Shown here in pieces: positions 1-8,921 of a stretch of 64,000 bases of DNA (the first letter of the stretch is position 1; each line of letters starts with the position of its first letter). Location of the stretch: positions 30,540 to 94,539 of the IMG/VR virus record IMGVR_UViG_3300010429_000409. One strand, written 5' to 3'. Under the pieces are notes generated by a model, which was not told the origin of the DNA, made no database searches, and saw only the letters and a list, made by a program, of their open reading frames with translations. The DNA comes from a virus (lineage: Duplodnaviria; Caudoviricetes). Both the position numbers and the translations under genes were made by a program.

Positions 1-375
1 CAGCTGAGCAGAAGTAGCGATGAGGCGCCGCAGAGCCAAGTTGTCCATCTGGTCTGTGATGTGACTCAGCTGTTTGGTCCACCCAACGATGTTCTTGAAA
101 TACTGGAGCATGGCATCGGGGCAGCCAATCATGTCCCACAGCTCAGGAATGCGCAGGATGGTGTCTTGGATTTCACGCCAAAGCAGCTGTGGCCCTTCCA
201 GGAATCGCTTGACGAACAGCCGCCCTTCGGTCTGGTCTGCATCCCTGATAGGCTTGATCAGGAAATTGTAGATTTCCAGCTCCAACCCTTCGGTTGTTGC
301 TGCGGCCGAGTAACCCAGCACTGAGCCTCCCGAACCAGAGGCCAACGGGTTGAATGCTAGGTCACAGATCGCCAT
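1..375 (-). CDS. Baseplate wedge protein, P2 gpI-like (truncated by window edge; not in ORF track)
   Basis: Manual translation from ATG 375 (RBS AGGAGG at 381-386): MAICDLAFNPLASG...LEIYNFLIKPIRDADQTEGRLFVKRFLEGPQ...IPELWDMIGCPDAMLQYFKNIVGW...LRRLIATSAQL, open to the edge. Resembles Tail_P2_I-type proteins and lies downstream of the baseplate J gene. Confidence 0.65.
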   Translation of the reverse strand, partial: MAICDLAFNPLASGSGGSVLGYSAAATTEGLELEIYNFLIKPIRDADQTEGRLFVKRFLEGPQLLWREIQDTILRIPELWDMIGCPDAMLQYFKNIVGWTKQLSHITDQMDNLALRRLIATSAQL

Positions 376-387
376 CCCTTCCTCCTG

Positions 388-1620
388 CTATGCGCTCACT
401 GCCAACGTGTACAACAGGCCGGACACCTGCTCAGAGGTCTGAAGCCTGACCCTGGCCCCGTCCACTTCCACCACCGCCAGGACTGACAGCCCGTTGTCGA
501 ACACGTATTTGTCTTTGTTCCGGAGGTCCGCATTGTCACGCATGTTCTCATCAAAGAACACGTCCATCATCGTGGCAGACACAGCCTTCACAGAAGATAC
601 GATTGGGCTGATGCCCAAACCATCGAAAGTCACATGATTGAATTCGGAAGAAATGTGGTTGCCCCAACGGTCCTGAAGGGATGTGCTCACCTCAGCCGTG
701 TATTCGGCCATGTTGGTCATCTCAGAAGTCTCAATGTCCACGTAGTATGGGAACAACTCGTTGGGCGTTCTGATCTGAGCAAAGTACAATGGCGCTGCCC
801 CCGGGGATGGCGTGAAGCTGTAGCTTGCTGGATTGACCAAGTCAGCATTCTTCAGCATGGGCTTGTTGAACCACAGCCGGAGCTTCTTGTTGTTGACGGT
901 GTCCACATGATCCAACTTGGTCTGTTGGGCTACGCCATCAAACACAGCTGAGTTGTATGGCGGATCGTCAATCTCGTTGCCTGCCAGGTCCTTGACGTTC
1001 CACACGCTGACGGTGTATTCCATCCCCACAGACAGCGCGGCGCTCAACCACACTTCCACCCGATCCACACCTTTGATCTGGATGGATTCCGCTGCCACCG
1101 GGTTGGCCCCAACTTCGCCCAAGAAAGTGTAGTTGGCCGGATTGGTGAACTCCGAATTGATGAGCATGGCTTCATCGAAAATGACACGCACCACCACGCC
1201 GTCGATGGCCTCCGCTGACTGCACCCTTGGGCTGTAGCCAAAGCCATCAAACGTCATGCTCTTGTATTCGGGGTCAATCACCTGCATGCCAAAGATGCCT
1301 TTGGCATTCTCAACCGTCAGACGGTACAAGCACCCCTTGGTCATCTCACGGTTGAGCGTGATGTTGACCACGGTCGGAGCTTCCTGGTGTATGGTGATGC
1401 TGACAGCTGATAGGCTCACACCAACTCCGATGGTGGTGAAAGTGTAGTTGGCCGGATTGAGCACATCATCCGCCTCCGCCGGATTCTCGTGCTTCATTTC
1501 CTGGTCAAAATACACCCTGATGGTTGTGTCATCAGGGGCCAAGATCATGGTCATCTTGGGTCGGCCGGGCGCTCCGGTTGAGCCGATCTCAAAGACTGAT
1601 GCTTGCCCTCTTTCAGTCAT
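388..1620 (-). CDS. Virion protein with ~4 tandem Ig-like (Big_5/SbsA-like) repeats
   Basis: Repeated unit: (I/V)RVxFDxxM...NPANYTF...YxLxVxNxKDLAGN, four times. Confidence 0.7.
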   Translation of the reverse strand: MTERGQASVFEIGSTGAPGRPKMTMILAPDDTTIRVYFDQEMKHENPAEADDVLNPANYTFTTIGVGVSLSAVSITIHQEAPTVVNITLNREMTKGCLYRLTVENAKGIFGMQVIDPEYKSMTFDGFGYSPRVQSAEAIDGVVVRVIFDEAMLINSEFTNPANYTFLGEVGANPVAAESIQIKGVDRVEVWLSAALSVGMEYTVSVWNVKDLAGNEIDDPPYNSAVFDGVAQQTKLDHVDTVNNKKLRLWFNKPMLKNADLVNPASYSFTPSPGAAPLYFAQIRTPNELFPYYVDIETSEMTNMAEYTAEVSTSLQDRWGNHISSEFNHVTFDGLGISPIVSSVKAVSATMMDVFFDENMRDNADLRNKDKYVFDNGLSVLAVVEVDGARVRLQTSEQVSGLLYTLAVSA

Positions 1621-1621
1621 A

Positions 1622-2542
1622 TCAACCGCGCCTCCGGACCTTCAAGGTGTTTGCAACACCCTGGTTCAAGCTGGCTGGGGCCACCTCGGGAATCAGAGGC
1701 CCGCAGCACTTGAACCCTTCGGGAACCTCAAAGATGCCAGCCGCTCCAATGGCAATCGAATTGGGCGCCTGCTCAGGTTCCACAGCGCCCGGCAGGCTGA
1801 TTTTGGAAAACAGCTCAACCAACTCTTTTGCAGAGGCAACGCCCCTGTCCAAATTCTCGTATGACAACCCGCCTCCAGCTGCAAACAGGTCCAGCACCTC
1901 GGCATCTGACAGCGCCCGCTTCCAAATGCCAACTTCATCCAGCGTGCCATAGAACCAGTCTGCGCCCGGAGTCAGAACGCCATTGGCACATCGTGCTCCA
2001 AACAACACAGGCATCGCTGCGCTGGAATCTATTGTCCCCGAGGCTGCCACAGGTGTCGCCGCAGGCGCCCCATCCTTGTACAACCGAAGGTATGAGCCAT
2101 CAAATGTTGCCACATAGTGGTGCCAAGCGGATGCCCCGGAGGCATCTTCAGTGATGGTGTACACAACTCCGCCAACCTTGGCCACAAACTGCATCTTGTA
2201 TGGGGAAGATGATGACAGTTCCAATGACCATTGGATTGTTGTGTTATTGCGCTTGGCAATCACCTTCCTGGAAGCATAGCTGGGGTTGAACTTCACCCAC
2301 GCTGAAATGCTGAGCAGCGTCATCTCGAAATCAACATGGGTTCCCAAGGTGATGTAGTCATTCGATGAGTCAAAGGTGTAACCCTGGCCAATCTTCCCGT
2401 CGTTGGTGACAGTTGGACCATTCACGGTTCCGTTGTGGCCATCATGGGCATCATTGCCATCTCCATCCAGCCTCCAATATGAGACCAGATCGGTTGGCAG
2501 CGTTGCATGATTCTTGATGTCCACCGGGCTTCCTCCCGCCAC
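1622..2542 (-). CDS. LamG/concanavalin-A-like jelly-roll domain protein
   Basis: LVSYWRLDG...GKIGQGYTFD...SISAWVK...WHHYVATFDG...LYKDG...GTLDEVGIWKRALS motifs. GTG start. Confidence 0.85.
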   Translation of the reverse strand: MAGGSPVDIKNHATLPTDLVSYWRLDGDGNDAHDGHNGTVNGPTVTNDGKIGQGYTFDSSNDYITLGTHVDFEMTLLSISAWVKFNPSYASRKVIAKRNNTTIQWSLELSSSSPYKMQFVAKVGGVVYTITEDASGASAWHHYVATFDGSYLRLYKDGAPAATPVAASGTIDSSAAMPVLFGARCANGVLTPGADWFYGTLDEVGIWKRALSDAEVLDLFAAGGGLSYENLDRGVASAKELVELFSKISLPGAVEPEQAPNSIAIGAAGIFEVPEGFKCCGPLIPEVAPASLNQGVANTLKVRRRG

Positions 2543-2556
2543 TTCTCAGTTCATCA

Positions 2557-4386
2557 TCACGGCCAAATCTCAGGCCCCATCAGGATGTGCGTGGGTGCAG
2601 ACGCCTGCGTCAGCACTCTGAAGGTCTTGTAGGCGCCCTCCCACACAGCTTTCATCGTGTCCTCCATCACAGCGCCTCCCGGAGCAGCCGCAGGGAATGC
2701 CCAAATCAGCGGCACCACACCCTTCAGCGTGTAGAACCTTCCAAACACGCTGTATGTCGGTTCAGACCCAGAGGCTTGGGCAAAACCAATGCACCACCGC
2801 TTCAGCGGGAATTGGTCTGTCTGCCTGTTCTTGTTGGTCAAGGTGCACGAGTCGTCACCCATGTCGAGGTCTGGCGTGCCTTGCTCGTACAGATAGCTGT
2901 TCCAATAGTAGTTGTATGGTGTCTGAGGCGCACCGTTTGTGTGGTATGCACGAGCAAACTGCCGGAAGGAAGCGTGGCTGCCCAAATCTTCCTTCTTGCA
3001 CGGGAGGTAGCACTGCACCCACACCTGGCTGTGCAGCATTGCCACCGGAGCACCGCTATTGTATCCCATGCGAATGGCTGGTCTTGGATCTTCCCCGATC
3101 ACAGCCCCGCTCTTGAAGCTGTACTTCAGCACAGGCGAGAATGTGATCGTGCCTGTGCCGATGGTCTCCACGATGATTTCCTGCGTCGGGATTTCCTCTG
3201 CATCCAATACAGGGAATGGTGCATCAGGCGTCTTGTTGGGGTCCCAATCCAGGTGTGACTGGCTGATGACCCTGTATTTCTGCCCAACACAGAACAGGTC
3301 TGTGTTGTTGACGCTGAACTCGTCATCACCCTTGGCCGCATCGGCCGTGGTCACCGCATTCAGCGGATTGGCATATGGGATGACGTTGCCAAAGTAAAAG
3401 GGCACGCTGTTGGTCTGCTTCACGTACAGCGCCACGCCATCCTTGCAGCCATACATGTACACCACCATCCCGGCTGATGGCGTGTAGTTGTCCATGTACA
3501 AGGTGCCCAGATTCCGGGTTGAGCTGGTGCCAGGAACAAAGCGCCTGCTGAAGCCAGGCAGGAAGCCTCCGCCCAATACACGCACGTGTTTGGCGCCCGG
3601 GGTGTTCTTGAAAGGCTGGAAGGTGAGTGAACCGCTGGCCCCGCCATCGCTGTAGTCGATGCACCAACGCATCTTGGCGTGCTCAGGCCCAGGAACACTC
3701 GGGCCACCACCGTCCGGGTCCCACACCTGGACCAGCGTGTGCCAGTTGAACCTGTCGTTGGTGTATCCACCAAGGCCACTCACTCCGCTGGTGGAAGTCT
3801 TGCCAACGCTCCAGGTCACCGTTCCGCTGGAGGCTGCGATGGGGTGGCTGTCCTCTGGGTCACCCATGTCCCGCACCGCAAACACTTCGGCACAGAACGG
3901 ATAGACCACATTGCCAGTTACCTTGTAGCAGTGCTGCACCACCTTCCCGGAATCGTGCGCCACCTTGGTCGTGCCGCAAGCGCCTCGGGTGCACGCATTC
4001 AGGCTGTTCCCCGGGATGTCCACAGTGCCCACAATGATCATCTCATTTTGGACACGGACATAATCACCAGCCGTGTAAGCGGAGGCATCCTGGACAGGCA
4101 GCGAGGTGTCCGTGTCCGTGACTCCGGCTGACAGGTAGGTGCAATCAGCAAACTCCTGGCCATCTCTTCCTGTGTTCAGCCCGAGGTGGACCTTGATGTC
4201 ATCCGTCCCATTCTCGCCAGTTGACTTCAAGAACCAACCCAGCATCAGTCCATCATCGTCATCCTGGGCAGCCGGGTCTGTGGATGGCCCTTCCAGAGTC
4301 CATCCGCACGCCAACATGAAGTCCTTGACTTCGGTGACCAGATGGCTCGCTGAAGCCACCGTCACTGCCTTGCCCTTGTATGCCAT
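2557..4386 (-). CDS. Putative tail fibre/baseplate-attached structural protein
   Basis: 609 aa, beta-rich, RBS GGAGG, directly after baseplate J. Confidence 0.5.
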   Translation of the reverse strand: MAYKGKAVTVASASHLVTEVKDFMLACGWTLEGPSTDPAAQDDDDGLMLGWFLKSTGENGTDDIKVHLGLNTGRDGQEFADCTYLSAGVTDTDTSLPVQDASAYTAGDYVRVQNEMIIVGTVDIPGNSLNACTRGACGTTKVAHDSGKVVQHCYKVTGNVVYPFCAEVFAVRDMGDPEDSHPIAASSGTVTWSVGKTSTSGVSGLGGYTNDRFNWHTLVQVWDPDGGGPSVPGPEHAKMRWCIDYSDGGASGSLTFQPFKNTPGAKHVRVLGGGFLPGFSRRFVPGTSSTRNLGTLYMDNYTPSAGMVVYMYGCKDGVALYVKQTNSVPFYFGNVIPYANPLNAVTTADAAKGDDEFSVNNTDLFCVGQKYRVISQSHLDWDPNKTPDAPFPVLDAEEIPTQEIIVETIGTGTITFSPVLKYSFKSGAVIGEDPRPAIRMGYNSGAPVAMLHSQVWVQCYLPCKKEDLGSHASFRQFARAYHTNGAPQTPYNYYWNSYLYEQGTPDLDMGDDSCTLTNKNRQTDQFPLKRWCIGFAQASGSEPTYSVFGRFYTLKGVVPLIWAFPAAAPGGAVMEDTMKAVWEGAYKTFRVLTQASAPTHILMGPEIWP

Positions 4387-4400
4387 GACTTGTTCCTCCG

Positions 4401-6557
4401 CTAGATTTCGATGATGTTCAGGCTCACAGTGCCCAGCGCAGGCAACTCCCGCGCTGCCAACCCAACATCCGCACTGGGAGCAGTGAGTTCAACCTTGGTG
4501 ATGGCGTCCGATACACTGAAAATCTCGTGGATGATTCTGGACAGCGGCACCTCGCCGCCAAAATCCCATTCCCACGTCACGCCATCTTCTTGCAGCGCCT
4601 CCGGCTGGATGACAGCCGCCAACTGATTCTCCACGCTTTCAGTCTCCACCGTCTGGGTCACATAGATGGTAGCCTGGATGTCAATCACCTTCTTGGTGTA
4701 ATTGGTCGGGATGACCTCTTGGTTGGCCACAACCCGTTTGGGCTCCGGAGGGTGCGCATTCTGATCCCCATTGAAGTACAACTCCAGCGCCTGCAACTGG
4801 TCAGCTGTTGCCGCGTTGCCGCCCTTGGCCACCACGCACAACTCCATGGTCTTGGGGCCATAGCCCTCTTCAAACACCCTGCTGCGGGCGAATGGTTTGG
4901 AGCCGTTGTCATCGGTGAACTCGGCCGTCATGATCTCCAGATCGGCCGGGCCAATGGCTGTCTCACGGGTGCGCAGCGAAGCAGGCCCTGCGATCTTGGC
5001 CCGTTCCAGGCTTTCTTCTGTGGCACCCTCGGCCTCCGCCCATCCGGCTGCTGCCCGAGGGTTCCACAGCCGGTTGATGTAGGTCAGGCCCGTCTTGTCC
5101 AACATGATGGTGTTGGCACCCAGGTTCCCGTCGTTGTCGCCGCCATATCTGTACACGATGGCGATGTTGTTCAATGCCGCAGGCGGAATCTTCCCGGCCG
5201 TGCCATCACCGAAAACGATTGAGGCCCGGTCAGACTGTCCAAGCACCACCCGATAGTGGCGGTCAGTTGGCTTGGATTCCAGGAAGTTGGACACCCTGAG
5301 CCACTCATCGCCATCAACCGTCAAGGTCTCAGATTCAGCAATGAAATAGTCCTTGGCCGTGATGAACTCTTGGTTGGGGCTGCCATCGGATGATCCAAGC
5401 ACCTCCCGAAAAGTCCTGCCCTGAACCGCTGTGGCAAACACGTACTGTTTGCCTTGATCCATGCGCCCGTATTCCATTGTGGGTGCGGTCGGTGACAGCG
5501 CCTCGGTGATACGATAGCGCAGCCAATAGGCTTCCACCCCGTTCACAGCGCCCTTGATCCAGTTCCGGGTGACCGACTGCGGCAGGGCAAACTCCACACC
5601 GCCAGTCTGCTGAAGCTGATTGGTCCCATCAGTGCACTCCAACTCTTCCCAATCGCTTCCGATGGTGTAGTCAGTCTCAACCAATGATGGGGAGGTCTGC
5701 CCGAGGTAGCCTGTGGTCAGGATGTAGTTGTCTGTGCCATCCCACAGGCTGACCAAGTCCTCATAGGCAGTTGTTTCGTTGTACTGCGCCCTGATCCTGG
5801 TTCCCTGCCTGTTGGTGTTCCCGAGGTAGTTGTTGAGGTTCATCCGCAGCTTGCCGCCGGTCGCCAATTCCACAGTCTCAGGATTGGTCTTGCGCCACTC
5901 ACCATCATAGTATTCCCACACCCCGATGATGTTGGCTGCGGCCACGGTGAGCCACACCCCCAGCTTGTTCCACATCACATCCTGGTGCCCCCAGTACAAC
6001 TCATCACCAGCAGCCGGAGTCGCCCATGGTTGGAAGGTTCCGCCCGGGGTGTTCATGTCCACAGTGCGATCTGTGAACGCCCCATCTTCCTTTGAAAATG
6101 CCTTGCTGAATTGGTCAGTCCTGATGATGTCCAATGCCTCCAACACCTCAAAGTACACCACAGGGTTGGAGCCTTCCCGCCGATTGGACATTTGGGCACG
6201 TTCTGGAATCAGAGCCTCATAGGGTGCCGTGAACACCTTGGCCAGCTCAAACACCATCTCAGCGGAGGATGGGCTGGCAGGGCTCATTTCGTACCCAATC
6301 AGCCGCAGCATGTTGCGCACAGTCTCAGTCAATTTGGCCGTGGGCAGTGTGCACTCATTGGCCACCAGGTCGATGAGCACGTTGTTCTCGTGCCCGACCA
6401 AGGCAAACGCTCTCAACAGCTGGATGAAAGGGTCATAGGCGCTCTCATCGGTGTGCTCAGGCACATTCTGCCGCTTGTACTCAATCAGCCGCTCCAACAG
6501 CTGAGGGTAGTAAAAGCCTGAGAAATCAAAATCCGGGATGGTGATGCGCGTGGCCAT
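4401..6557 (-). CDS. Baseplate wedge protein (baseplate J / T4 gp6-like)
   Basis: N-terminal PDFDF..YPQL, LGSSDGSPNQEF, IVFGDGTAGKIP, YRYGG..GNLGANTI motifs; follows the gp25-like gene. Start moved to ATG 6557 (GAGG upstream). Confidence 0.85.
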   Translation of the reverse strand: MATRITIPDFDFSGFYYPQLLERLIEYKRQNVPEHTDESAYDPFIQLLRAFALVGHENNVLIDLVANECTLPTAKLTETVRNMLRLIGYEMSPASPSSAEMVFELAKVFTAPYEALIPERAQMSNRREGSNPVVYFEVLEALDIIRTDQFSKAFSKEDGAFTDRTVDMNTPGGTFQPWATPAAGDELYWGHQDVMWNKLGVWLTVAAANIIGVWEYYDGEWRKTNPETVELATGGKLRMNLNNYLGNTNRQGTRIRAQYNETTAYEDLVSLWDGTDNYILTTGYLGQTSPSLVETDYTIGSDWEELECTDGTNQLQQTGGVEFALPQSVTRNWIKGAVNGVEAYWLRYRITEALSPTAPTMEYGRMDQGKQYVFATAVQGRTFREVLGSSDGSPNQEFITAKDYFIAESETLTVDGDEWLRVSNFLESKPTDRHYRVVLGQSDRASIVFGDGTAGKIPPAALNNIAIVYRYGGDNDGNLGANTIMLDKTGLTYINRLWNPRAAAGWAEAEGATEESLERAKIAGPASLRTRETAIGPADLEIMTAEFTDDNGSKPFARSRVFEEGYGPKTMELCVVAKGGNAATADQLQALELYFNGDQNAHPPEPKRVVANQEVIPTNYTKKVIDIQATIYVTQTVETESVENQLAAVIQPEALQEDGVTWEWDFGGEVPLSRIIHEIFSVSDAITKVELTAPSADVGLAARELPALGTVSLNIIEI

Positions 6558-6568
6558 CTCAACCTCGT

Positions 6569-6937
6569 TCAAAACACCCGTTTGAACTCGGATGTCTCAT
6601 CAGTCTCAAGGTCCAAATACTTGAATTCCAACGCCATGGAGCCTTCCTCTGGGCTCTCAGTCCACTTGATGGTGTCGCGCATCAGCTTGTATTTGTGGTT
6701 GGCCTCGAAATCATCAAAGATGGCGTACAGCTTGCGCAGCACCTTCTGCCTGCTCCTGCTGTCGTTGATGTCAAACACGATGTCACTGCCCAACCCGAGG
6801 TCCTGCTGAAAGGCATTCTCGTTGTCGCAGTCAGATAGGGCAACAGAGATCAACTTGCGGTCGTTGTCTTCACCATCGACCAGCGCCGCTCCGCCGCTCC
6901 CATCAACACCCACAGGTATTGCAATGCCTTTCGTCAT
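6569..6937 (-). CDS. Baseplate sheath initiator, gp25/gpW-like
   Basis: Size, position before baseplate J, and ENAFQQDLGLGSDIVFDIN similar to the gp25 ER...P.FG..L.F pattern. Confidence 0.6.
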   Translation of the reverse strand: MTKGIAIPVGVDGSGGAALVDGEDNDRKLISVALSDCDNENAFQQDLGLGSDIVFDINDSRSRQKVLRKLYAIFDDFEANHKYKLMRDTIKWTESPEEGSMALEFKYLDLETDETSEFKRVF

Positions 6938-6985
6938 GGTGGCCCCGAGTATAACCCTTTCACCGTTCCCACAAAACTTCTCCAA

Positions 6986-7465
6986 TCACACGATGGGCTG
7001 TGGTCCAGGCCCGGGAGGTGGCGGCCAGTTGGCCAAGCCTCCCAGCGTGTTGGCATGAAGCACAGCTGCGATTGCCGTCATGGCATCCTCTTTGCTGGCT
7101 TCTGCTGCGATGTTTGCGGCAAAAACAGCTTCCAGCGCCGCTTGGATTGCTGCCAAAGTCGTTGGCGGAACAGCAGCCAGCGTTCCGGCCCAAATGCTGG
7201 ATGCGGCAGATGCCACAACGCCCCAGTATGCTGTGATGCCGGTCATGATGGCTGCCGCTCCTGCCGTCGAAAGGCCCACCAGCCCGGCCTGCATGGCGCT
7301 CTTTGCAGCTGCAGTTGAACCTGGAGCAACTGGCACTCCCATGGTTGCTGCGTCCTGGAAATAGTTGTCAAATGCCACAGCCCAGGCTTCCGCCGCTTCA
7401 GCCTCGGTTCCATACAGCCCCAAGGCCATCAACTCATCTTTCATCTTGGCTTCTGTCAGCGCCAT
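6986..7465 (-). CDS. Ala-rich hypothetical baseplate-region protein
   Basis: 159-aa ORF tiling exactly between its neighbours. Confidence 0.55.
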   Translation of the reverse strand: MALTEAKMKDELMALGLYGTEAEAAEAWAVAFDNYFQDAATMGVPVAPGSTAAAKSAMQAGLVGLSTAGAAAIMTGITAYWGVVASAASSIWAGTLAAVPPTTLAAIQAALEAVFAANIAAEASKEDAMTAIAAVLHANTLGGLANWPPPPGPGPQPIV

Positions 7466-7468
7466 TTG

Positions 7469-7690
7469 TCAGATCACACCTTTCCAAAAATCTTTTTCCA
7501 TTTTCTCTTTGAATCCATGCTCTCCACCCGGAGGCCCCATGGAGGCGCCGCATTCAGGGCACTTGAGTTGATTGCAAGGGTTGCCACGTGGATGTTCAAC
7601 AATTTGTCCACACTTTGGGCACTCGCATGTCGCTTTTCCGCCTTGCTGCTCAGCCCCTCCGCCTTGGCCTTGTTCCTTCTTGATTTCCAC
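7469..7690 (-). CDS. 73-aa Cys-rich (Zn-ribbon-like) protein with scaffold-type C-terminal tag
   Basis: GTG at 7690 with GAGGAG RBS just after the stop of the Pro-rich gene. MEIKKEQGQ...CECPKCGQIVEHPRGNPCNQLKCPECGASM...KMEKDFWKGVI*. Confidence 0.7.
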   Translation of the reverse strand: MEIKKEQGQGGGAEQQGGKATCECPKCGQIVEHPRGNPCNQLKCPECGASMGPPGGEHGFKEKMEKDFWKGVI

Positions 7691-7701
7691 TTTATCACTC
7701 C

Positions 7702-8049
7702 TCAATCCAATGGGCACGGAATCATGATTGGAAGAGTCGGCAATGCCGGAATCACAGGCAACGCCGGAGGCATTGGGATGGGCAAGGCCAACGGTGGCAA
7801 GGGTGGCAATGGCATCCCTGGAAGCATCATGGGGATGGGCGGCAACGCCGGAATCGCTGGCAGCACCGGGATGGCCGGTGGCATCGGGATGGGAAGTGCC
7901 AAGGGTGGCAACGGTGGCAATGGCATCCCTGGGAATGGAGGGATGGGTGGGACTGGCAGCACGGGCAGCACCGGCAGCACAGGAATGGCAGGAGGCACCG
8001 GAATAGGCAGCGCAAGCGGAGGCAACGGTGGTGTCAGGCACTTGCTCAT
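7702..8049 (-). CDS. Proline-rich repeat protein (115 aa)
   Basis: ATG overlaps the spike gene stop. PLPPLALPIP(V/M)PPA repeated three times. Ends CPLD. Confidence 0.6.
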   Translation of the reverse strand: MSKCLTPPLPPLALPIPVPPAIPVLPVLPVLPVPPIPPFPGMPLPPLPPLALPIPMPPAIPVLPAIPALPPIPMMLPGMPLPPLPPLALPIPMPPALPVIPALPTLPIMIPCPLD

Positions 8050-8921
8050 TCCAAAAACACCTTCTGGCTCAGGATCTGTGCTGTTGGGATTGGAGTGCCT
8101 GCGGTCGGAGGTCCGCTTGGCCCGGTTCCGGTCGGATGAATGTGGCCGTCATGCAGCATCACCATCTTGTTCCCAAGCACAGCCGGTTCCACCTCAGAGG
8201 CCAGGATCACTTTCCCGCCTTCCACCTTGGCTGTCTTGCAGCTGATGACCACATTGCTCTGCCCCAGCACCTGGATCAACCCATCCTTCATCTCGATGAT
8301 GCCGCCGCTCTTGTCAATCATCTTCAGCGAGGTATCATCAGCGCTGATGACGTTCCCGTTGGCCTCCATCAGCGTGAAGCACTTGTTTTTGGCATCCAAG
8401 GACAGCACTGTGCCCAACATGTTCGCCAACGACACAGAGCCCTCGTTGTCAAAGGCGATGAATGACCACTTGTCCTCACCCTCAGCGGTTTTCTTGTGCC
8501 AGCTCAAACGGACAGTTTCTTGCCCCTCGGTGTCATCAAACATCAGCATGTGCCCCATAGGGGTCATGAACCCGCGCCGCTTCCCGTAGTTGGTTTTGAG
8601 GTCATCAGGAATCGGCCGTGGCGCTGGTGTGGATTCATCTGTTCCACCCCACCAACGCTTCCCTCGCCAGTTGATGACCGGGTTGAACACTGCCGATTCC
8701 ATGAAGCTGACATCCCGGTCGGATGACGTCACAATCTCGATTTCCACAGCCTCATCGACATCTGGCACCAAGAAGAATCCCCACTCAAACACAGGCTCAA
8801 TCCAATGGCTGATTGGCTTCTTGTCAGTCCCAGTCCAATCGGGGCAGACCACCTTGATGCGGCCACGTTGCTCTGGGTCCTGGTTGTCCACAACCCTGGC
8901 GTTGTACCTCTGCGTGCCCAT
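8046..8921 (-). CDS. Baseplate central spike (P2 gpV / T4 gp5 OB-fold type)
   Basis: ARVVDNQDPEQRGRIKV OB-fold start, beta-helix region, and HDGHIHPTGTGPSGPP metal-binding tip. ATG 8921 overlaps the upstream TGA. Confidence 0.88.
   Translation of the reverse strand: MGTQRYNARVVDNQDPEQRGRIKVVCPDWTGTDKKPISHWIEPVFEWGFFLVPDVDEAVEIEIVTSSDRDVSFMESAVFNPVINWRGKRWWGGTDESTPAPRPIPDDLKTNYGKRRGFMTPMGHMLMFDDTEGQETVRLSWHKKTAEGEDKWSFIAFDNEGSVSLANMLGTVLSLDAKNKCFTLMEANGNVISADDTSLKMIDKSGGIIEMKDGLIQVLGQSNVVISCKTAKVEGGKVILASEVEPAVLGNKMVMLHDGHIHPTGTGPSGPPTAGTPIPTAQILSQKVFLE

Noticed and set aside
7469-8041. 190-aa ORF in the track
   Set aside because: Its N-terminal part is an alternate frame of the Pro-rich gene; RBS and GTG at 7690 define the likely 73-aa gene.
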